A stretch of DNA of 33,368 nucleotides, from the NCBI GenBank assembly GCA_964389995.1, contig CAYMGN010000002.1, forward strand, positions 1-33,368. The letters are read 5' to 3'. Positions 7,718 to 15,201 of this stretch are shown piece after piece. Position 1 is the stretch's first letter; each line of letters starts with the position of its first letter. The stretch is from an uncultured Candidatus Peribacteria bacterium (GTDB lineage Bacteria > Patescibacteriota > Gracilibacteria > UBA1369 > LOWO2-01-FULL-3). Position numbers and translations under genes: made by a program. The notes under the pieces were generated by a model. It was not told where the DNA came from and made no database searches. It saw nothing but the letters and a program-made list of their open reading frames with translations.

Positions 7718-8959
7718 TTAAGTGTATGCGATGATTTGTGGGGGCTCAATGGAGTTGAAATTGCTGCGCTGGCTGTGCATGTAGGCGCCGGCATTACGGA
7801 TGCGGAGTTTGTGTTTTTTGGGGTCAATGTTGCTGCTGAGAGTGACAATACCGAGATGGTCGCCGGAGTCACAGGTGGGGCCGTAAAGTTTGTAGGGAAT
7901 AGCAGGAGCCTCTTGTTGGCCATGAGCGTCTAAAACTTCGATGTTGTATTGCCATCCGTGGACGGCATAATCGCTAAACGAACCGAAGACTCCATCGGAG
8001 AGATAGAGGACTTCTTGTCCGTTTCTGGTTTCTTTTGCGAGGATGGGAACGATTAATTCGATGGAATTTGCTACTAGGGCTCGACCGAGTTCGATGATCA
8101 GCTTGTGGTCATTTCTAAGACCATCGGGCAGTCGTCGTTTGAGTTTTCTGAGCGATTGGTTAATCACTTGCATGTACTGACTTAGATCATAGTTTTCATG
8201 TTCGAAATAGCTGACAGGGATGCCGCCGCCGACGTTGATACTGCCTAAAGACGGCGATTTTTCTGCGACGTCGATGATTTTGTCGATGGCGCTGGAGTAG
8301 GTTTGTGGTGATGAATTTTGAGAGCCGGTGTGGACTGAGATCCCTGGGGTTAGCCCTTCGGAAGCAATATAACGAATCATTTTGACGACAGATTCTGGAG
8401 TAGCGCCGTATTTGCTGGAAAGATTGATCCCGGCGGCGGAATTGTTGGTGGCCATTCTGACTGCTATTTCCAGATTTCTGGCTGTGTCGTATGGAGAAAC
8501 AGCAGCGATGATTTTGTTAATTTCGGTTTGAGTTTGAGCGGTAAAATGGTCTACATCATAATCTTCGGAGGCGCGATGAATATCTTTGGCTTTTTTGATC
8601 GGGTGATTAAACAAGATCTTGGCTGCGGGGGCGAGCTTTCTGATGAGGTCAATCTCGCCAAGAGAGGCACAGTCAAAAGCGTCGATGCCTTCTTGATAAA
8701 GAGTTTGGACGATGAGCTCGAGAGGGTTGGCTTTGACGGCGTAGGCGACGAGTGCTCTTTCATCTTCGGGCAAGAATTGTTCCTTATAGAAACGTGCTGT
8801 TTGGCGGAGTTTGTTGAGATCGAGGAAGTAGAAAGGGTCTTCAGCGTTCATTACATCACTGTAAGCTTCCTGAATTGCTTGCTCGCGACCGATGCCCTCG
8901 AGTAATTCTGGGGATTGAGGGTCGTTTTGGAGTTGTGGTTGATAGTCCAATCTAGGCAT
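7718..8959 (-). CDS. fold-type III PLP-dependent ornithine/lysine decarboxylase (Orn/DAP/Arg decarboxylase family)
   Basis: PLP-lysine motif AYAVKAN, then FDCASLGEI, HTGSQ, NVGGGIPVSY and YGPTCDSGD. 413 aa. It lies 11 bp upstream of the SET-fusion gene on the same strand. Confidence 0.85.
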   Translation of the reverse strand: MPRLDYQPQLQNDPQSPELLEGIGREQAIQEAYSDVMNAEDPFYFLDLNKLRQTARFYKEQFLPEDERALVAYAVKANPLELIVQTLYQEGIDAFDCASLGEIDLIRKLAPAAKILFNHPIKKAKDIHRASEDYDVDHFTAQTQTEINKIIAAVSPYDTARNLEIAVRMATNNSAAGINLSSKYGATPESVVKMIRYIASEGLTPGISVHTGSQNSSPQTYSSAIDKIIDVAEKSPSLGSINVGGGIPVSYFEHENYDLSQYMQVINQSLRKLKRRLPDGLRNDHKLIIELGRALVANSIELIVPILAKETRNGQEVLYLSDGVFGSFSDYAVHGWQYNIEVLDAHGQQEAPAIPYKLYGPTCDSGDHLGIVTLSSNIDPKKHKLRIRNAGAYMHSQRSNFNSIEPPQIIAYT

Positions 8960-9000
8960 TCAATATTTTTTATTGATATGCCAAAAACACTAATCCCCCA

Positions 9001-9022
9001 ACTGTCGGAAAACTGTCGGAAA
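9001..9022 (-). repeat. perfect tandem 11-bp direct repeat (plus strand ACTGTCGGAAA x2; minus sense TTTCCGACAGT x2) upstream of the decarboxylase gene
   Basis: Copies at 9001-9011 and 9012-9022 are identical. They lie in the 73-bp gap between the regulator stop (9033) and the decarboxylase start (8959), abutting a weak -35 (TTGGGG, 8996-9001) with a -10 TATCAA (8973-8978) at 17-nt spacing. Confidence 0.7.
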
Positions 9023-9032
9023 ATCAGTGATT

Positions 9033-9722
9033 TTATTCTGGAAGATTGATCTGGTAGCCGACCCCATGTACGGATTGGATGGTTTTATATTCAAAATCGG
9101 AGTCGATTTTTTTTCTTAATCTTTTGATTGTAGAAGGAACGACATTTGAGTGATATCCAGGCTTTGATTTCCAGATTTTTTGGAGAATTTCTTCAGTGGG
9201 GACGGCGTTGCCATGTTGTTCGACCAGAAGTTGGAGGATTTTTGTTTCGCGATTCGAAAGAGTGATGTCTTTACCGGATCTAGTTACTTTATTTTGCTGC
9301 CAGTAAAAGGCGAAATCGCCGATTTTTTCTACTCTTTGGGCGATAGAATAGCGGCGGCTGATGGCATTGATACGAGCCAAAAGTTCGGAATCATTAAAAG
9401 GTTTTGTGAGGTAGTCATCTACGCCTTTATTTAAAAGATTGATTTTGATATCGACCTGACTGATACCGCTAAGGACGAGGATGGGTATATTGATATGCTT
9501 TTTACGGAGGTGGAGGACTAGATTATCTCCCGATCGGCCGAGTAAAATAAGATCCAGTAAAAGTATATCTACTTTAGGAAAATTTGGTTTTTTGATGACG
9601 TCTTCGACTGAGGAGTATTGATTGACTTGATGGCCATGACTTTTCAGGACCTTTTCGAGCCTTTCTGACTGAGACTGATCATCTTCTACTAGAAGTATTT
9701 TCACGATGTCATATTTTATCAA
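9033..9722 (-). CDS. OmpR/PhoB-family response regulator
   Basis: KILLVEDD, ILLLDLILLG, IPILVLSG, DDYLTKP, and the C-terminal winged helix LSNRETKILQLL ... IQSVHGVGYQI. The track start is the TTG at 9722. The GTG at 9704 (VKILLVEDD) is a more typical N-terminus. Confidence 0.9.
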   Translation of the reverse strand: MIKYDIVKILLVEDDQSQSERLEKVLKSHGHQVNQYSSVEDVIKKPNFPKVDILLLDLILLGRSGDNLVLHLRKKHINIPILVLSGISQVDIKINLLNKGVDDYLTKPFNDSELLARINAISRRYSIAQRVEKIGDFAFYWQQNKVTRSGKDITLSNRETKILQLLVEQHGNAVPTEEILQKIWKSKPGYHSNVVPSTIKRLRKKIDSDFEYKTIQSVHGVGYQINLPE

Positions 9723-9787
9723 ATAGAACCACTGGCGCTGCCCGGGCTGGACTGAGGTGGCTGAAAATTTTGTAACTGACTAGTTGT

Positions 9788-9816
9788 AGTGTATTTTACT
9801 GGTCTTTTGATGTCAA
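9788..9816 (-). promoter_or_regulatory. candidate sigma70-type promoter for the regulator-decarboxylase-SET-kinase block (TTGACA-N17-TACACT)
   Basis: On the minus strand, -35 TTGACA = 9811-9816, the spacer is 17 nt, and -10 TACACT = 9788-9793. Confidence 0.4.
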
Positions 9817-9864
9817 TTTTTTTCTAGAATATTGGTAAAGCCTTTCCAGAGCAGCTCCGAGGGG

Positions 9865-11646
9865 TCATTCCTCCTCCACATGCGCAATTTTCTTATGCAC
9901 ACGGGCTTTTTTGGCGTTTTCGATTAGGTCTTTGACCATGGTTTTGAGTTCTTGCATGAATTGGCCCGGTTTGTAGTGGCCGCGTTCGATGTCGCGGAGT
10001 TTTTTTTCCCATTTTCCGGTTAGTTCCGGGGATTTTAGGAGGTCGTTTTGGATGGTTTCGATGAGGTCGATGCCGGTTTGGGTCGGTTTGAGGGATTTGC
10101 GTTTTTTTTCGATGTAGTTGCGTTTAAATAAAGTCTCAATGATGCCGGCCCTGGTGGACGGTCTGCCAATGCCGTTTTCTTTCATGAGGTCGCGGAGTTC
10201 TTCGTTGTCGACGTGTTTGCCTGAGGTCTCCATGGCGCGGAGGAGGGTGGCCTCGGTGTAGGGTTTTGGTGGGGTGGTGTTTTTTTCTTGGAGGGAAGGT
10301 TTGTGGGGGCCTTTTTCACCTTTTTCGAAGTTGGGGAGAATCTTGTCTTTGCCGCCTTTTTTCTTTGGGAAGAGGACGCGCCAGGTGGGATTGAGGATTT
10401 GTTTGCCGCGGGCTTTAAATTTTAGTTTGGCGACTTTGCCTTCGACAGTGGTTTTGGCGATTTCGCAGTCGGGATAGAAAACACCGATAAAATGGCGGGC
10501 GACCAAGTCGTAAATGAGCTTTTGGTTTTGGTTGAGGCCTTTGGGATAATTGCCGGTGGGGATGATAGCGTGATGATCAGTGACTTTTTTGTCGTCGAAA
10601 GTTTTTTTGGATTTGCGGATTTTTTTGGAGAGGAGCGGGGTGATGAATTTTTCGTAGGGGGTGAGATTTTTGAGAATGCCCTTCACTTTTGGGTAGAGAT
10701 CAGTGGGTAAATAGGTGGTGTCGACACGAGGGTAGCTGGTGAGTTTTTTTTCGTAGAGGGATTGGATGATTTTGAGAGTTTGGTCGGCACTGAAGCCAAA
10801 TTTTTTGTTGGCGGCGACTTGTAAGGAAGTGAGATCAAAGAGTTTTGGCGGTGATTCCTTGCCCTTCTTCTTGGTAAATTTGATGATTTCAAATTGCTCG
10901 TCTTTGATTGCGGCGATGATCTCCCGGGATTTGGCTTGATCTTTAAATTTCTTTTTGGAGCAGGAAAAAATAGTCTCGCGGTACTCGGTCTTTAGTTCCC
11001 AGTATTTTTCCGGTTTGAAGTTTTCGATTTCTTTGTGGCGCTCGACGATCAGGGCGAGGGTGGGGGTTTGGACGCGGCCGATGGAGAGGACTTGTTTGTA
11101 GCCACCGTATTTTAGAGTGTAGAGGCGGGTGGCGTTGAGGCCGAGGAGCCAGTCCCCGATTGCACGGAGGCTGCCGGCGGCGTAGAGATTTTGAAATTCT
11201 TCGTTGGGACGCAATTTTTCGAAACCTTCCTTGATCGCTTCGTTGGTGAGAGAGGAGATCCAGAGCCTTTTGACTGGGGCTTTGCAGCCGGCTTTTTGCA
11301 AAACCCAGCGTTGGATTAATTCCCCTTCTTGCCCGGCATCACCACAGTTGATCACTTCTGCGGCTTTATTTACTAATTTTTTGATGACGGCAAATTGATC
11401 GGCGATACCGGAATTCTTTTTCAGCTTGATCCCAAAACGCTTAGGCATAATCGGGAGATGATGGATTTGCCAGCGCTTGAAATCTTGATTGTAATCGTGA
11501 GGCTCTTTGAGGGTGCAGAGATGGCCGTAAGTCCAGGTGACTTGGTAACCGTTTCCCTCAAAATATCCCTGTTTTTTGGTTTTTGCACCAAGGATCTGCG
11601 CGATTTCACGGGCGACACTTGGTTTTTCGGCGATGCATAGTTTCAT
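9865..11646 (-). CDS. topB: type IA DNA topoisomerase, topoisomerase III-like, without C-terminal zinc-finger domains
   Basis: Toprim start MKLCIAEKPSVA, then TWTYGHL and GDAGQEGELI. The catalytic Tyr context is LTSYPRVDTTYLP. 593 aa. Confidence 0.88.
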   Translation of the reverse strand: MKLCIAEKPSVAREIAQILGAKTKKQGYFEGNGYQVTWTYGHLCTLKEPHDYNQDFKRWQIHHLPIMPKRFGIKLKKNSGIADQFAVIKKLVNKAAEVINCGDAGQEGELIQRWVLQKAGCKAPVKRLWISSLTNEAIKEGFEKLRPNEEFQNLYAAGSLRAIGDWLLGLNATRLYTLKYGGYKQVLSIGRVQTPTLALIVERHKEIENFKPEKYWELKTEYRETIFSCSKKKFKDQAKSREIIAAIKDEQFEIIKFTKKKGKESPPKLFDLTSLQVAANKKFGFSADQTLKIIQSLYEKKLTSYPRVDTTYLPTDLYPKVKGILKNLTPYEKFITPLLSKKIRKSKKTFDDKKVTDHHAIIPTGNYPKGLNQNQKLIYDLVARHFIGVFYPDCEIAKTTVEGKVAKLKFKARGKQILNPTWRVLFPKKKGGKDKILPNFEKGEKGPHKPSLQEKNTTPPKPYTEATLLRAMETSGKHVDNEELRDLMKENGIGRPSTRAGIIETLFKRNYIEKKRKSLKPTQTGIDLIETIQNDLLKSPELTGKWEKKLRDIERGHYKPGQFMQELKTMVKDLIENAKKARVHKKIAHVEEE

Positions 11647-11654
11647 GGGTTCAC

Positions 11655-11683
11655 ATTCTACGATGAGGTTGGGGAAAAGACAA
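11655..11683 (-). promoter_or_regulatory. candidate promoter for topB (TTGTCT-N17-TAGAAT); only 8 nt separate the -10 from the ATG
   Basis: On the minus strand, -35 = 11678-11683 and -10 TAGAAT = 11655-11660. The start codon is at 11646-11644 and there is no SD box. Confidence 0.35.
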
Positions 11684-11761
11684 TTGACTTAGCAAAACAT
11701 TATTGAGAGTTGAGATCAGCTGTGTGATTAATTACAATTTTGTCATAACTAATTTAGCGAT

Positions 11762-12622
11762 ATGGCATGGAAAGTTTTGGGCTTGGGAGTGGCTACTTTG
11801 GACTATTTAGCTCTAATTCCTCACTATCCAAAGCCTGATGAGAAAATCCGCTGTAATGATGTGCTGACGCAAGGTGGGGGAAATTGCGCTAATACTTTAG
11901 TGGCACTTTCTAGATTAGGTGTAGAAACCACGATTATTTCATCTGTGGGAAGTGATCATGTCGGTGAGAAAATCAAGACTGACCTAGATAAAGAACGGGT
12001 GAACACGAGTTATATTGCTGTTAAAGGCTCGAATTCGCCATTTTCTTTTGTTGCGATTAGTGAAAATGATGGAAGCCGCACTATCTTTCATCGTGGAGGT
12101 CCGGAGTATGATTTAGATATTTTGCCTGATGAGATTGAAGTTATTTTGGAAGATTTTGATTGGCTGCACTTGGATGGACGTTTTGGTCTTAGTGCAATGA
12201 AGCTTGCAAAGTTAGCAAAAAAGATGGGAATGCGTATATCGGTGGAAGCAGAGCGAGTGGGACTGAATGCAGAGAATTTATTTAAATACGCGGATATAGT
12301 GTTTACAGCCAAGGATTTTCATCGAGATTATTTTGGAGACTTGAATTTGGTCAAACACTTAGATCGGATCATTGAACAAGGATCAAAAATTGCGATAGTG
12401 ACTTTAGGTAAAGAAGGGGCGCTAATGAAAACTGAGAAAAATGAATTCAAAATTGCAGCTGATAATGCGAAAGTAGTTGATACTACTGGCGCAGGAGATG
12501 TTTTTATTGGGGCTTTTATTTATGGATGCTTGAATCGTTGGAGCGAATTAAAGTGTCTGCAATTTGCGACAAAAGTAGCGTCTAAGAATTGTGAGGGGGT
12601 GGGGGGTAGATATTCTGTTTAA
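11762..12622 (+). CDS. PfkB-family carbohydrate kinase (ribokinase/ketohexokinase-like)
   Basis: N-terminal QGGGNCANT motif and the C-terminal PfkB signature VDTTGAGDVFIGAF. 286 aa. Confidence 0.85.
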   Translation: MAWKVLGLGVATLDYLALIPHYPKPDEKIRCNDVLTQGGGNCANTLVALSRLGVETTIISSVGSDHVGEKIKTDLDKERVNTSYIAVKGSNSPFSFVAISENDGSRTIFHRGGPEYDLDILPDEIEVILEDFDWLHLDGRFGLSAMKLAKLAKKMGMRISVEAERVGLNAENLFKYADIVFTAKDFHRDYFGDLNLVKHLDRIIEQGSKIAIVTLGKEGALMKTEKNEFKIAADNAKVVDTTGAGDVFIGAFIYGCLNRWSELKCLQFATKVASKNCEGVGGRYSV

Positions 12623-12710
12623 GAGTTTTTTGATAATTATCAACTAAATTTTAAATAATTATCAACTAGTACTTTTCTAATTATCAACTGTTTTTAGAAT
12701 AATTATCAAC
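12623..12710 (+). repeat. four tandem 22-bp units with an invariant 11-nt core TAATTATCAAC (exact 22-bp phasing)
   Basis: Cores end at 12644, 12666, 12688 and 12710. The other half of each unit is variable and T-rich. The array lies in the convergent gap between the PfkB kinase stop and the flotillin stop. Confidence 0.85.
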
Positions 12711-12758
12711 AAGCCTCCCAATTTCATTTTGATCATTTGGTCAAATCGACTGCTAAAA

Positions 12759-14165
12759 CTAGGCTTCAGTTTGCTGTGAATTGGCATCGGATTTTGAATC
12801 ACTTGCTTTGTTTGATTGCGATTGAGAGCGAGTGATCAGGTCTTTGACATCGATACCGAGGGTCTTGCGTAATCCCTCTAGCATACTGCCAAAACGGGCG
12901 CCGCTGTCAGCTGATGACATGAAGTCCATGAAGTTTTCCGGTTTTTGATCTCCGGTTTGGATGACCTTCATTTCAGCGTCTTCGTAGGCTTTGGCGATGG
13001 CGACTCCGACGTCTTTGTCTTTTTCGATGTATTTCTCGCCGAGTAGGGCCAAGAGACCTTCTTCAGCAAATTTGGAGAGGGCGATGGCCAGTTTTTCTTT
13101 GGCTTCGGCTTCGGCGAGACCTTTTTCGAGGATAGCCTTGGCTTCACCTTGACCGATGGCGGCGGCTTTTTCTCCCAGACCTTTACCAGCTAAGGATTCG
13201 GCTTCTCTCTGACCTTGTGCTTCGCGGATATTTGATTGCTTGATCCCTTCGGCTTCTTCAACCAGGGCTTCGGCTTCGATTCTTTTTTGCTCTACTTCCC
13301 TGACCTTGATCACGGCCATTTCTTTTTCGGTGGTGTTTTTCTTTTCTTCTTGAATGCTTTGGAGAGCTTTTTCTTCGGCGATACCGACTGTCTTTTTGCG
13401 GTCGGCATCACGAGCTTCGGTGGTTTCCTTGGCCACGATCTCTTCGATTTCCGCCTCCTTGCGAGCATTAATTTGAACGATCTTGGCTTCCTTTTCATTG
13501 ACGGCGACTTCTTCTTCGGACTTTCTTTTAATAAATGAGGAATGTTGGCGCATAATGGCAGAAATGATTTGCTCTTCACCATCGTCATCAGAGATATCCA
13601 TGAACTCGATATTGAGGACCTTCACGCCCCAAGCGGAAACTTGAGAACGCACTTCTTCTAAAAATGATTGTCCCAGGATGGAACGTTCGGTCATGATACC
13701 CTCGATCTCATTGGAAGCGAGGATTTTACGGACGGCACCACGGAGTACTTCGAGTAATTCGTTTTCGAGATCGGCAAAACTGGAGACACGTTGAGCGGCT
13801 TTGGCTGATTCACTAGCGTCAATCTGGAAAAAGGCGGTGACATCTACCTTGAAGGGCGCTTTTTTACTATCGTATGCGCGATATTTTTCTAAAGGGAGTT
13901 TAAAAATGGAAACGGGCATTTTTTTGACTTCGACACCGAAAAAAGGAATCCAAGAAGGAACTTTATAATAGACGTTTCCGACACTGGTGTCCTTACCATA
14001 GACCACGGATTCTTTGCGTCTTTGCACTACATGCACTTCATCGGGAGAAATAACTACCCGCCAAATGGCTGCTAGTATAAAAAGAATGACAAGAAAAGAC
14101 CCTCCGGCGATGGATAAAATAATTGTGAGTTCCATGGTAGATTGATAAGTTGGATAGAAAATCAA
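12759..14165 (-). CDS. SPFH/band-7 flotillin-like membrane scaffold protein
   Basis: N-terminal membrane helix (LTIILSIAGGSFLVILFILAAIW), an SPFH core, then a long E/A/K-rich coiled-coil (EAEALVEEAEGIKQ ... AEAEAKEKLA). The track start is a TTG. The ATG at 14135 (MELTII) is the more likely start. Confidence 0.85.
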   Translation of the reverse strand: MIFYPTYQSTMELTIILSIAGGSFLVILFILAAIWRVVISPDEVHVVQRRKESVVYGKDTSVGNVYYKVPSWIPFFGVEVKKMPVSIFKLPLEKYRAYDSKKAPFKVDVTAFFQIDASESAKAAQRVSSFADLENELLEVLRGAVRKILASNEIEGIMTERSILGQSFLEEVRSQVSAWGVKVLNIEFMDISDDDGEEQIISAIMRQHSSFIKRKSEEEVAVNEKEAKIVQINARKEAEIEEIVAKETTEARDADRKKTVGIAEEKALQSIQEEKKNTTEKEMAVIKVREVEQKRIEAEALVEEAEGIKQSNIREAQGQREAESLAGKGLGEKAAAIGQGEAKAILEKGLAEAEAKEKLAIALSKFAEEGLLALLGEKYIEKDKDVGVAIAKAYEDAEMKVIQTGDQKPENFMDFMSSADSGARFGSMLEGLRKTLGIDVKDLITRSQSQSNKASDSKSDANSQQTEA

Positions 14166-14192
14166 ACTTAAATTACGCCAAGAAACTGGATA

Positions 14193-15131
14193 TTGTCAAA
14201 TGCATTGACAACCGAAGCAGAAAATCTTAGGATTGTGTACTTTAAAAATCAAATGTCGGAAAATCCAAAAATAATTATCGACGTTGTCTGTGAGCATTGG
14301 GATATGCGGCCTGGGGCTGAACGTACTAGTGATCAAGCGGCAATCCAGATTGATGAGGAAGGAAATATTGTTACGATGAAGGCTGCAAGGGCTGAGAGCT
14401 CTGATGTGGCCAGCTTTCTCAATGCCCCTAGTGAAGGGCGGGAAATGATGGCGTTTGAGGAGTTGGAAGCAAGTCTGCAAAGAGAATATGCCGGGCGACG
14501 AGGAGTAGAAAAGCGGGGAATTGCTGCTCATGCAAAGCATTTTTGTTTGGAGTTGGGGTTGGCGGATGGCGATCGATTTGATTTGGAGCGACTGAGGGAT
14601 TTGCGGATTGTGGATCTGGGTTGTGGTGCTGAGCATCATGAGCGCAGTGGTGAAGCCAATTTTTATCCCTGGTTGGTGCGAGGGCTGCATTTATTGGGGG
14701 CCGATGTGACCGGGGTGGATCGTGTTTATCCGAAATTCGTTGATGGTGAGCCGGCGGTGGAGCAATGGGATTTTTTGCAGGCTGATTTGATGCAACCAGA
14801 TGCCATTGGTGCGATAGCGGATAACTCAGTGGATATCGTCAATGCGAGATTGTTAATCGGTTATGACGATCGATATTACACTTCCCCATCATTGAATAAC
14901 GGTTTTTGTCCCAACCTCGATAACAATTTATATCTGGACGCTGAGAGAATTATCTGCGAACACGTGTTGCGTATTTTAAAGCCGGAAGGTCTCTTTTTGA
15001 TCAACCATAAACATCTCTATCAAAAAGTTGGGGGGCCGCTTTTGTATTCATTGGAGATGATCAATGGGCATGGTTTGGCGAGGATAGAAAATATCCAGCA
15101 TGTGGATAAGTCTAGCGTGAATTTGGGGTGA
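14193..15131 (+). CDS. class I SAM-dependent methyltransferase-like protein with an uncharacterised ~120-aa N-terminal region
   Basis: Motif I IVDLGCGAEH, an acidic residue after strand 2 (VTGVDR), then DFLQADL and LRILKPEGLFLI. The track start is the TTG at 14193; an in-frame ATG lies at 14253. Confidence 0.65.
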   Translation: MSNALTTEAENLRIVYFKNQMSENPKIIIDVVCEHWDMRPGAERTSDQAAIQIDEEGNIVTMKAARAESSDVASFLNAPSEGREMMAFEELEASLQREYAGRRGVEKRGIAAHAKHFCLELGLADGDRFDLERLRDLRIVDLGCGAEHHERSGEANFYPWLVRGLHLLGADVTGVDRVYPKFVDGEPAVEQWDFLQADLMQPDAIGAIADNSVDIVNARLLIGYDDRYYTSPSLNNGFCPNLDNNLYLDAERIICEHVLRILKPEGLFLINHKHLYQKVGGPLLYSLEMINGHGLARIENIQHVDKSSVNLG

Positions 15132-15140
15132 TACTTAGTT

Positions 15141-15200
15141 AAATTCACGGTTTATTGACATAATGGCGTGAATTTGATATTATTCTGGGGTAAATTCACG
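15141..15200 (+). promoter_or_regulatory. near-consensus promoter (TTGACA-N17-TATTAT) bracketed by three copies of AAATTCACG (direct, inverted, direct)
   Basis: AAATTCACG at 15141-15149, CGTGAATTT at 15167-15175 and AAATTCACG at 15192-15200. The -35 TTGACA is at 15155-15160 and the -10 TATTAT at 15178-15183. The element sits immediately upstream of the Fic gene. Confidence 0.55.
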
Positions 15201-15201
15201 T

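Noticed and set aside
9723-9787. GC-rich stretch (ccactggcgctgcccgggctggactgaggtgg) in the predicted 5' leader of the regulator operon, as a possible structured leader or riboswitch.
   Set aside because: Only a 4-6 bp outer pairing (CCAC/GUGG) and a loop-less GCCCGGGC palindrome can be drawn. No convincing multi-helix fold or known riboswitch motif is present.
11290-11330. The Toprim acidic motif of the topoisomerase reads GDAGQEGE (D-x-G-x-E) rather than the DxDxE of E. coli enzymes, which could indicate an inactive enzyme.
   Set aside because: From memory, DAG(R/Q)EGE variants occur in ordinary topoisomerase III proteins of other phyla. The catalytic Tyr context (SYPRVD) and the N-terminal Glu are intact. 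Without an alignment this cannot be called anomalous. Coordinates are approximate.
12623-12758. The 22-bp repeat array as a CRISPR array or as a minisatellite inside a gene.
   Set aside because: There are only four units with 11-nt variable parts, far shorter than CRISPR repeats and spacers. There are no cas genes, and the region has no ORF across it. It is kept as a finding about a protein-binding array instead.
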